Assembly: GCA_028023455.1 (NCBI GenBank)
Contig: JAQFVV010000011.1
Coordinates: forward strand, 1-64,000
From: Epiperipatus broadwayi
Lineage: Eukaryota; Animalia; Onychophora
Length of the DNA: 64,000 bases
Reading direction: 5' to 3'
Shown here: piece by piece, positions 12,350 to 23,832 of the stretch
How positions within the stretch are numbered: position 1 is the stretch's first letter
How the letters are laid out: every line of letters starts with the position of its first letter
Made by a program: the position numbers and the translations under genes
Notes under the pieces: model-generated
Told to the model about the DNA's origin: nothing
What the model saw: the letters and a program-made list of their open reading frames with translations, nothing else
Database searches by the model: none

Positions 12350-12547
12350 TTCACACTTCTATGCCACCTATTGTAAGCTTTAGTAACTAAAAGATTCCAG
12401 ATGATAGTGCTTAATAAATCCCTATCCAGTGCTGTACTATCTAATATCCCCAGATTAGTTTAAAGCTTATGGATAGGATTTATTAAGCACTATCATCTGA
12501 CATCTAATAGTTATTAAAGCTTACAGTAGATGGCACAGAGGTGTGAA
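12350..12547 (-). mobile_element. Fold-back element related to family HH-A, retaining only the 3' half of the hammerhead
   Basis: Arms of ~78 bp (ttcacacttctatgccacctattgtaagc / gcttacagtagatggcacagaggtgtgaa). The loop holds atccccagattagttt (12446-12461), which reads AAACTAATCTGGGGAT on the minus strand. Confidence 0.75.
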
Positions 12548-13349
12548 AACAAAATTATGTTGCTGAAACAGCAATGAGTAAACTGAAGTCATGTGACATT
12601 TTATTAATAAACTTAAATTAACATAGTAACACTTTTAATGGGAAATATTACTTTAAATCTGATACTATTTGATGGCATTTATATATTAGTACTGCACATC
12701 AATGGTCAAGAAGCAGATATAAAACTGAAGATTATTTGAAAATAAATGTAATCATATTTTCAACAGAAAAAAACTACTTCTCTAATAACATATCATAGGT
12801 GCTATTTATTTCTTTGACAAATAGAAATGCAATAGCAAAGAGGATGTTTATAATACTCTTAGAAATTGCACACACAAGAAGTATAGAACATCACATATGC
12901 AAATTATGAAGACAATAATATGCAAAATATTATGTTAAACATTTGTATAGTTAACTTGGTTCATGCACAATGATAATCAGACATATAATAAAATTATCTA
13001 ATTCAACTCCTGACTTCAATTTTAAAATAAGGCAATTAAAAATTATTAAATTATATATTATTAAAAGAGATTAGGTATTTTCTACCATGTAAAAAAATAT
13101 TAAAGCCAACATAAAAAGGATTATATCCAACATTGTACTATTGAAAGTCTAAAAATTTAAACAGATTTTATAAAAGTCATTTCTGGAAAAATTAAAATTT
13201 ATATTACTACCAGACGTAAACACTGACATAATGGTTTCTAATTTAGATACTGACATCCTAATTCTTTACTTAAAGTAAATAATTTAAATAATAAATATAT
13301 TATGTATCATAATTCAGAATTAAATAACTAATCAAACTTAAAATATTCA

Positions 13350-14690
13350 CAACCAATGAATTGGTTATCAGATGAAAGTAGGAAAGTAGGGCTAAAGATA
13401 AATGCTAAAAAGACTAAAGTAATGTGCAGTATTCAAGGTCAAGATATAAGCATATATAATGTATAATGAATATGTAAATAATAATAATTGTATAAATATA
13501 ATGAATATGTAAAACAATAATAATAATTGTATAAATGTAGAATAAAAGTAATAACTGTAATGTATAATAAATATGTAAAATAACTGTATAGTAATCAAGT
13601 ATAAAGACTGTGTAAAATTGCAATGTTGTTAAATCATAGAAAGTTGTATAATAATAGAAAGCCCAGTTGACCTTATAGGGTCAGAAAACTATGTAAAATA
13701 CCATATATGGTGAGAAACGTAAAAATACTGTATGTGAAAACACCATTTATGGTTAGGAATGTAAAAGACTCCAGAAGTCTTGAGGGGTATATAAACCCCC
13801 ATAACTTGATCTAATTGTTCTGAGTATGTTCTGAGTTTTATTATGAGTCAGAGACTCCTGCCTCTGTAAGTCCAAAGCAGAACTAGGATATTTTATGCAG
13901 GTCACCACGACCTTTTATTATTTTATTACGCCTTATAATAGGTGATGTATATAGTTAAAATTATCCGTATTAAAGTATAATCTTACCATCTCAATTCTGC
14001 CTTTGTCCATTTATTTACTTGCTGGTCATAAGACACTGCATAATGTTTAATCGATTTGCTCAAAATATAAAAATAAAGATTGATTATGATGAATTAGAAG
14101 TTAACAGTTACAAATACCTTGGTCAGATTATTAATACAGATGGAAACATAATGGAGGAAATTAATCATAGAATTAAACTTGGTTGGAGTGCTTTTGGTAG
14201 AAATAACTTGATACTAAAATGAAATATGCCTATGTGTTTGAAAAGGTTTTTAATAAATGTGTTTTACCAATTCTTACTTATGGATCTGAGATTTGGACAC
14301 TTAATAGAAGAGCAATACAGAGACTTCAGACCACTCAAAGAAGTATGGAGAGATGTATGTTGGGAGTAACAAAAAAAGATCAAAAACACAATGTATGGAT
14401 AAGAGAACAAACAGGTGTTACTGATCTCATTGAAAAAATTAAAAGATTGAAGTGGAGTTGGGCTGGACATATTGCTAGAAGAGATGATAATAGATGGACA
14501 ATTGAAATTTTAAACTGGATTCGAACAGATTGTAAAAGACCCAGAAAGAGACCACATGTGAGATGGATGGATGAAATAAGAAAGTGTGCAGGGGTGATGT
14601 GGAAAAGAGAAGCTAAAGATCGGAGAAGATGGATTAAACTTGGAGAGACCTTCATCCTGCAGTGGATTTATAATGGATGATGATGTATTT
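13350..14690 (+). mobile_element. 5'-truncated RTE-clade LINE (RT C-terminal half), interrupted by a solo LTR
   Basis: LSDESRKVGLKINAKKTKVM precedes the insertion. After it come YKYLGQII...INHRIKLGWSAFG and ORF 14219-14680 (VLPILTYGSEIW...LKWSWAGHIARR...RPRKRPHVRWMDEI), ending in a GATGATGAT tail. Confidence 0.92.
13425..14040 (+). mobile_element. Solo LTR (616 bp) with 5-bp target-site duplication
   Basis: Starts TGCAGT and ends ACTGCA, flanked by TAATG at 13420-13424 and 14041-14045. Removing it restores the RTE reading (cf. 32190-32210). Has a TATA-like gggg-tatataaa-cccc near 13785 and shares ACTCCAGAAGTC with the LTRs at 23282 and 25979. Confidence 0.88.
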
Positions 14691-15354
14691 CCATAATAAT
14701 ATCTTCAAAATATATTCACACTTTTTTACACTTCTCCTTTTGAAATTGTTCAAGACTGTCATTCCATTTATGAAATATTCTCTGCATGTTCGTGAGTGAA
14801 AATAATTAAACAATAGGCTACTATAACAAGCAATAGAATTTGACTGTCTGTAATTACTTAGTACTGCGTGACATTACCTTATAACCCTATATTTTGCCAT
14901 CTCAATATTTGGAACTATATAAAAACTCAAACCTTTGAAAAACTATTCTTGGAAGTTCTAAGAAAAAGATTTCAAAATATAATTTAGCAGCAAATAATCA
15001 ATTTATATAAGTAGTTATCTAAGCAGATAACAGATGAAACTTGCGCATTATATTTTTGGAGGATGAAGAAGTTCGTTAGGTGATATTTTATGGTATTCAA
15101 ATAGTTTGTTTACTGTGAGACTAGACCTTGTGTTGGCTAAATGTCTTTATTTGTATTAATACGTGTGTACGTTAAGTCAGATTTATTAATAGTTAGTGTG
15201 TATGTGATTTGATATTTTAGCATTTATATATCCAAATCAGAAGAAATATTATTCAGAACTTAAAAAAAGTTGTGGGATGAGTATAAGTTGAAAGCAATAA
15301 GACCAGATCTTTCATATGATCACTGATTTCGATTTATCAAATAAAAATCTTTTT

Positions 15355-15532
15355 TACCATATAATACTCAATTGTCCAACCACTTTACTATTTTTACGAT
15401 GCTTTATTTTCCACCCTTTAGGAGATATAATGTTCTGAAGAGGGCAACCGAAACTGTTAACTGTAGAAAAGGGTGGAAAATAAAGCATTGTAAAAGTAGT
15501 ACAGTGGTTGGACAATTGAGTATTATATGGTA
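15355..15532 (+). mobile_element. Fold-back element with a minimal hammerhead in the loop (family HH-D)
   Basis: Arms are 15355-15420 and 15464-15532. The loop reads TATA-AT-GTT CTGAAGA GG GCAA CC GAAAC T GT T AAC TGTA, with the core at 15435-15441 and GAAA at 15450-15453. Confidence 0.8.
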
Positions 15533-16440
15533 TACATTTGGCAATGTAATATGAAAGAGTAGTTATTATACTTCTTGAAGAAAAAAATATTTTTTATTTA
15601 TAATTTCCTTATAATTTTAATTTATCCACAGAATTACTTGTAAAAAAAAAAAAAAACAGGAGAAATGATATTTCAATAAGATTTTATTGTGTTTTTGTGT
15701 GTGTGTGTAAATTTGGAAAATAAGAGAATAGATCAATTCAAAAGACAATTTCAGAAATGTAGAAGTATTGAAGAGAGTAAATAAAAAATATCATTTTTGA
15801 GATAATTACTATAAGAAAAGACTTGGATTATGAAAAATATGATGGAAGGAGCTGTAAAGGAGGAAAAAAAAGAAGCTGACTGGTGATCTTAAAGAAAAAA
15901 ATACCTATGAATATTTGAAAATAGCAAAAAAAAAAAAAAAACCCAATAAGACTTAAAAAATGTGATCTGGTTTGGTATGGGACATCTTTTGGTAAATAAC
16001 TGATGACTTCTTAACTTGTTTTGACATAAAGTTGTCTGGAGATTTCCGACTGCAAGAGTTTCGTACAAAAAACCATGTAGCGGCTCCCAATTTTAATTAG
16101 AAACAATGAACAATTTTATCTCACATTACGTCAGATTTCATATTTACTTTTGTTTGCCATATAAATAAATTCCCTAAATAAAAAATTGATAAATAATTTT
16201 GCATTAATAGATATATAGTGGAGCTAAATATAACATATCAAGGCTTAACATTGCTATTTCAGTGTTACTGGACACGTAATATAAAAATGCTTGCATATTT
16301 TCTGAGAGACAGTAAACCATTTAAATGAATTTTTATCAAAATTACACATCTCACATAATGAACTTTGAAAGTGTAATAAAACATAAGTGCAATTTTTGAG
16401 TACTTTGTTCACCAAAAAAATGTATTATTAAAAAAAAAAT

Positions 16441-16830
16441 CTTAAGGGTTTATTGCTCAGAAGTTCATAAAATATTCAAACATCAGAAGTGACCGAGCTA
16501 GAATTTGGATCCATAGACCTTAAGCTTCAATATCAATCATTCTAACACATCATTAAATCAAACTAGGTAAAGTAATTGAATGGATAATTACTAAGGAATT
16601 TATAAGAAGTTCAAACAATAGAAGTGACAGAGCTTGAATAATGACCTATGGACTTTGAGTTCCAGAATCCACCAAACTAATATTTCAGTAAACCAAGCTA
16701 GGTAAAATAATAGAATGGTTTATTACTCAGGAATTCATAAGAAGTTTGAGCAACAGAAGTGATACAGTTGGAGTCTCAATCCATAAATCTATCATTCTAC
16801 CATTGTATTAAACTACACAGGGCAATATAT
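16441..16830 (-). repeat. Three degenerate ~130-bp tandem units with tRNA/SINE-like features
   Basis: Recurrent aagttcaaaca..agaagtgac..agct..aat and ctaggtaaa..aat.gaatgg motifs at ~130-bp spacing. The reverse strand has TGGTAGAA and degenerate B-box-like segments. Confidence 0.55.
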
Positions 16831-17026
16831 TAGTAATAATGATCAACAAAATGGCATTCTTAAGAAAATGAGATCTCCGGTAATAAATAGTTGGATTTGC
16901 TCATATAGTAATTCTGCTTGCAATTAATTAATAAAAAGTTAAGAACATAAAAATATATTATTTATATTTAATGTTACATTTAACAAACCCAAAATCATTA
17001 TCTATTATTATAGATATCAAAATTAC

Positions 17027-17097
17027 CTTTCATGACTATAAACTTTCTGAAATCCTCCAAAGCATTTGGAACTGGAACATTGCTTGATTGCAGACAT
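17027..17097 (-). CDS. ESD: ESD coding exon 1 (start codon)
   Basis: tttataag|A ATG TCT GCA ATC AAG...CAT GAA AG|gtaatt encodes MSAIKQCSSSKCFGGFQKVYSHE(S), matching the ESD N-terminus K.FGG.QKV..H.S. Confidence 0.96.
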
Positions 17098-20000
17098 TCT
17101 TATAAATAAATTACAATAATAAAAAAAAAAAAAAACATTAAACTTTCAATTTTTTTAAAGAATTAATATTGTGATTAATTTGTGGTACTAATTTTTTAAA
17201 GAATTTTACATTTATTTTATGTAATGTAAGATCAATAAATCAATATTTTAAATATAAATTACGTATTCATGTGAATAATCATAAACTATATATACACAGC
17301 TCAATAAATTAACTTGTACTTGAATACATTTTAATCTAAAATTATAAATAAATAAAAATTACTAAAAATATAAATAAATTATATATTATGACTAATCATC
17401 AAAATTTATCTAGACTAAATTTAATAAGATAGTGATGATTACTGGAAAACCAAAATATGAGTAAAATTAATGAATACTAGGTGGCAGTAGAGTTAAACAT
17501 GGCAACCAGATTTTAGCCAATTGATCCCCTCACAGAAGATACTGAATAAATTCAGTACTTTTTTTATTAAAAGATTAATAGCTAGAAATTATTTGAAGAA
17601 GTCTGATTACATTGTCATCTAGTTTCCATAGATTTTACTTAATGCTTATTTGATTTGGCTTTGAAGTTGAAAAATAGATGCTATTATTTTCTAATTAAGA
17701 AATAGTTGATTGAACAGTATAATAAGTATAATAGAGTAGAGAATTAGAAAAGATAGATGCTTATAATATTTCAAATGATTATGTTAATGATATGTAGACG
17801 GACTGACAAAAAAAAACTATCTACAACAAGACCTAAAATTTTGAACATAAACATCGATATAATCTACTGTGTTAATTCAGACACTTTCCTGAAATCAATT
17901 ATCATATTTGATTAAGTAACTAACTTACATATTGAGACTGTATATGTTGTCCTAATCTATTTGGTGGAATTTTCATTTATATTAACTGATGTTTTATTAT
18001 TTATATTTTTAGTAAGTCATAAATCAACTGAAATTATTGCAATATTAAATTTTTAATTGCAAATGAATTTATATTCTAAATAATGTCTTTTTGTTTACAA
18101 AGAAGAAATGAAGATCGCATTCTCATGCACAGCCTACTCTAGAATAATAATTCTCTTCAACAAACCAATACTGATGATTTAATTTTTGTTCATACTCTTT
18201 CCAATTTTTTAATCTCTATTCTGTGATGCATAGGATTGCATTAATAAGACTTTGTTTATATCTGAGTCTGATTTAAAGTTCAGATAAAGTATCAAACTGC
18301 TATCCTCATAGGAGCAAGAGGGAGTATAAGAAAGGTCATTTTAAACCATTAATTCATATGTTCAACTTTGATTACTAAAGCCTGCATTAGGTGGCACTAT
18401 TGTAGGGGAAATTTTGCTATTGTTTAGAAGTCATTTTATATACATTGATTAAAAAAAAAAGATTGGGACTTAGATATGAGATGTATTTGTTCATCCTCAA
18501 TATTTAAATTTGGCTTTATAACATTCCATTTAATAGATTATATATATATGTATTTACCATTTATGTACATACATTAACATTAGCTTTAATAAAAACATTT
18601 TTACAAAAATAAAATTACAACTTTTATATTTGAATTATCATATTACTGAAGCATACAAATAGTCAGAATCTTGTGTTTCTAAAATTTCATTTTTTTGTCC
18701 ACTTACCTTCACCTATCGATGATCAATAAACAATTAAAACTTCCATATTAACCTTATTTTTATCTATGTTATGAAAGACATTTCCAATGTTCAAATTCAT
18801 TCAAATATATCTTGCTTACAGATTTAAATGAATATAATATCTATTTGTTCAATCAGAAAAAAGCATATCTAATGAAAGAAAGAATGATGTTGGAATAGTT
18901 TTTTGAATATAGAGTAGTGACTTACAATTCTATGACTATAAAATTAGAATAGCAAAGGTACCGAAATGTTGTAAAATGTAAGGATACTATTATTTCAATC
19001 TCAATAACTATTCCATGACATCCAACCTAATGATGATTTAAACTGGATGGCTTATGAATTAATAAAAAGTTTTGATGAATATAGAATACATAAATTTTAT
19101 TTTCAAGTGATCTAGATCATTAATTGATTTAATACCTATAAGTATCATATTGTTACAACTGTTAGTAAAAAGGAAAAAAAATATGGACACAGTGCCTTTA
19201 GGAGTATGAAACCTTCCTCATTAATGGAAAAAGTTTCGACACACCATTGAAATTGTATTCTTGTTTTATGATCAGTGGATGAACACTTATGTGACCAACT
19301 GTAATCAATGTAAAATTTTTATAAACCAATTGAAATTAGCTAAATACTATACTCATGCTAAAAAATGAGCAAGTAACTAGATTAATCTTAGCTTTATTTC
19401 TAAGTTCTCAATTATCTAAAAAAAAGTTTCCAAGTTCCATTTGGATTCAAGCACAGAAGGTATGGCAAATAGATAGTCTAAACATCAAGTCTTCATCCTA
19501 GTAATAATGTGTTTAAAATGTAATAACTGGCATAAATGATTACAGGGCAAATGATCTCCATATAGCTATTACTTTTTTTTAATTATGATTTTTTTTTTAA
19601 AGCACAGTAATTATATTTGTAAGCACCTCATTTCAATATTAGTTTCAATCCAACTAATGACTGGAATAGTCTTCTTAGTTTGGCTTACTTTGCCCATACA
19701 CTTCATAAAAAAACTATTTGAAATTTTAGGAAAACAGTCTATAGACTTCTTGGAAGTTAAGCTTCATAGTAACATGACAATCACTGTTTAATTTAGAATA
19801 GAGATTAAATCTATTTGGTCTATATTTATGAAGATACCATTAATAACTTTCTTTAAAATTAAATGATGGTGATAACAAAAGCAGTGACAAATTAGTTGAA
19901 ATGTCAATGTTTAATGGCAACTGTAATTTGAGCCAATGAATGATGGTGCAGATGAAAACTAAAATGTTTAAATTGTTTTGCCAATAGTGTATCTGATAAA

Positions 20001-20898
20001 AGCTAGAGTATTCCACAGAAGTGCAATTAAAATGATATATCATCAATTGATAAGGCAGTACCAAGTAATGATTGGTTATCATTTAGAATTTTTGCTTTAC
20101 CAACACAAAACACAGAATTAGGTCAAGTGATAGTTTTATGATAATCACAAAAATAACGAATGAATTCGATCAATGATTTTGGATATAAAAATTCAAAAGA
20201 TATATCCTAGAAGCATGAATATATTGGTACTCTAGATATCAACTCACACAAAAAACTAATTTTATTATATTAAAATAGACATTAAATAATTCTCTCTCAT
20301 ATACACATATTTAAATTTCTTCAGAAATATTTAGATTTAAAATCAAAACTGTTGTTTTTTTTTTAATTAAGAAATTTAATATTAGATAAACTCTTAACTA
20401 TGATTCTAATTTTATACTATACTCAGCACTGATTCGTGGTACGAATCTATTTAAATTACTACACACATTTTAATTTAAAAATCATTCAAGGAAATTAATA
20501 AAACAATTTATATGCTTCATTACGACTAAATTAATTACATCATTTAAAAACTAATTTAAATTTATTTTTAAAATGTTAAGTTACAACATTTGAAAATATT
20601 GCATACAATATTAGTAGAAGGCTTTGGAAATAACGTCTGCACTATTTTCAGTGAAAAATATAGCTTTTAAATCAGTCACATTTATTTAATCTTTTTAAAG
20701 ATAATTTAAAACTTTTTCAAATTGATTATAGAATATAGTAAGCCCAATAGTAAAAACTCAAATCACGCTTACTCCAATATGAGTACGCTTTATATTAGAC
20801 TTTTAATAAGTTTCTATACGTGTCAATTAAATAATTAGAATAATGATAGCTAAAATTCATTACTTCTAATCTTTAAAAGAATCAGGAGTCTAACTTAC

Positions 20899-21260
20899 AT
20901 TATCTCGATAAAGGATTATTTAAAATAGAAGAAAACACTCTTTCTTTACTCACTGTGAGTCACTAAAATCGCTGTTTCGATTTTACGTTGTTTTTTTTTT
21001 TTTTTAAACTTAAACGTCACCTCATTATGCAAATAAGCTCTGCTCACGTCACCTTGGTAAATACAAATTCTACCTTTGTGTGTCAGCGTTTTTAACGGCA
21101 ATAGTCTACGTTTAATTAAGGCAATATTTATGAATTGGATTACAAACAGGCCATTTATATTACCTATTGGACTGCATATATTTCAGCCAAAAGACATAAA
21201 AAAGTTGAAATATAAAATGTAATTTATATTTATGGAAGTGCGTGTCATCAAGTAAAAATG
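20899..21260. promoter_or_regulatory. Probable ESD promoter and first non-coding exon, possibly bidirectional
   Basis: Local CpG retention in an otherwise CpG-poor window, with a minus-strand donor GTAAGT at 20898-20893. Motifs: TGAGTCA (20956-20962), ACGTCA half-CRE sites (21014, 21046) and octamer ATGCAAAT (21027-21034). Confidence 0.55.
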
Positions 21261-21654
21261 CATTTATTTATTTTTTAAAATATTTACTGGATGAAAAATA
21301 AGTTATTGGGAACCAATTTTACTATCTTTTAAAATCAAATTTTAAAAATAAAAAGGTTGAATTTTATTGCTAGTACATAAAATATCCTGCACAGTACTCT
21401 TACTTATTTTCCAACCTACTAGTCCGTTATTAAAAAAATAAACGAATAAATTAAGATACAGCATTTCATTATCCGGGATCTACCTGATTAACAAAAGATT
21501 AATAAAAATGATTAAATTTAATGCAAAAAATAATAATAGTATCGTAAATATTGGACTATAACGACAGCATAATCATGAATGCGATGCAACGCAATTACCC
21601 CTTGCCCGCAGTTCGAAGAATATTTACTATCCCTTTATATTGCATACTGTACAT

Positions 21655-22430
21655 ATAAATTTAGAAGGGATTTGAACTCAGACTTTCAAGCTTTCTATAG
21701 TTATCTATTCCATTTTATATAACCGTTATACATTATTACCTACATGTGAAAAAGATAAATGATCTCCAATATCAATATTTTGTGCTGAAACAGCATTCAT
21801 CAGTTGGTCCACATCATCATCTCACACAAAGATATGTAATCAGTGCTCAGTTTATATTAAGATAGCGTATCTTCAAATTTTAATGGACAGGCTTCAATCT
21901 TCTCCACTCTCCAACTCTTCAGTCATCTATATCATTGAAAATCTGATGAAACACTCAAAGCCCTTATTGATGCCAATATTATTGTCATACCCATGTTGAC
22001 TTTAATTCACTCTGATCTCTCACGTACAGGACCTTTATATATGAATTTAAGTCCACAGAAGAGGGATGGGCAGAATACAGGATGAAATATGTAATATTTA
22101 AATATAAATATATTGTCTATACTGAACTGAATGTAATTTAGAAGGGATTTTAACTCAGACTTTCAAATTCCCTATAGCTATCCATTCCATCTTATACAAC
22201 TGATACACATGACATACATATGAAAAAGATGAATGATCTCTGATTCTGTATTTTATGCTGAACCAACACTCATCAGTTAGTTCAGATTATCATCTCCCAT
22301 ATACATATATAATTAGTGCTCAGTTTATATTGGAAATCATTCATCTTTTTCACATGTATGTGATCATGATGGAGTGGGTAACTATATGGAGCTTGAAAGT
22401 GAGTTCAAATCCTATCTAAATTACATTTAA
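21655..22430 (-). mobile_element. Hammerhead-bearing element family HH-B: two tandem minus-strand copies plus an inverted partial copy
   Basis: Copy A spans ~22010-21655 and copy B ~22330-22132, both with CCAA/CTAA CTGATGA stem II cores (21803-21797; 22276-22270). An inverted tail lies at 22331-22425. Homologous to 42645-43152. Confidence 0.85.
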
Positions 22431-23281
22431 ATATAGTTGGAACTAATTTTTCTCCAGGTTTATTTACATATATTGCATATTATACTTAATTATATTATAT
22501 ATATATAAACTTTATTAGGTTATTTATAAAAAATAGAATTAAGTTTTTACCTAACCTGACAGTATATATGTATTTGCTTAATATTACCATCTACTTTTTT
22601 ATAGATGGCACTGTGACAATATTAATTAATGCCAATCAGGGTTTTTTTTAATAAAAAAAGATGCCGGAACTCACTTCTTGTCAATTTTATTAAAGAAAAT
22701 TATTTTCAAATATTTAAATTAAATTTAAAGCAATTTTTCCAATGCTATGAAGCAAATAAAAAAATTAAATAAAGTTTATCATAATTTTTTTAATTTTAGA
22801 TATGTTAAAACTAAAGCAAAAATCATTTGTTTAATCCAATGACCAGCAATCCAGCCAATCATTTTGAGTTCAGCATTTCACTTCAAGATCCACTTGAGAT
22901 GATTTAGGAACATCAAGTTGCACCAATATTTTCATATTTTCTGACATTGTTTTGGACTTTTTATTAGTGGGACCAACAGTTGAGAAGTAACTGGAAATTT
23001 TTTTTATTTTTAAACTTGGGGTAAACTTTTATATTTAAAAATAAATAAAATAAAACTAACGATGTCAAATTTACGTAAAAATAAAGAAATTAAATATTTC
23101 AGACATTGTTAATCATATGTAGGTGCATTCAATCACAAATGTCAGTCATTACTGGTAGCATATGTGTTATTGTAATCAGTCATTGACCGTGAATGACCAA
23201 TGGAAATGTGGATGAGTTCACTTCTATATGAGAGTGCCATTTTCGAAGCCATCCATATTTCTTCTGATTCATAAAACACCC

Positions 23282-23832
23282 TGTGGGGTTACAGACATGT
23301 TAATTAGAATTATTTTTGAAATTTATTATGTTAATAGTATTGTAAAATTAAAGAGATTCATAAAGAAGTATAGAATTGTATGACTAAATAATATTAGAAA
23401 TGTATAACTAAATAATATTGGAATTATTTAATGTAAGATGTCATGTAGAAAATAACCATATAGGTTTGAAGGTTTAAGTAAAATTTACTTCCAAAATGCC
23501 TCACCTTATAAGGTGAAATTGGATAAATCAAAACCCATATGGACTAGTGAAGGGCTCATTAGTAGACCATATAGGCAGGGATATTTATGGAATGAGAGAT
23601 GTTTTGTTTGAACTCCAGAAGTCGGGTATATAAGTGGGATATAGAGGGAGAATCAGGGTAGTAAAAAATTAGAGACTACAGTGACTCTAACAGGCAGACC
23701 TATGATACCCAACTTTAAAGGAGTGCTTTACCGATGTATGTAACAGTTATGTATGTAATTGAATTTTGATGGAAATTAAACTAATACACAAGTCTGTCTA
23801 AATTTCTCATTTATTTGACACATATATGTCAA
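23282..23832 (+). repeat. 5' LTR
   Basis: Starts TGTGG, is a direct repeat of 25979-26541, and is followed by a TGGTG PBS-like sequence. Confidence 0.9.

Noticed and set aside
13392-13623. Tyr/Ile-rich ORFs
   Set aside because: Low-complexity AT repeats inside the solo LTR.
14264-14655. Minus-strand ORFs overlapping the RTE
   Set aside because: Antisense shadows of the RTE RT frame.
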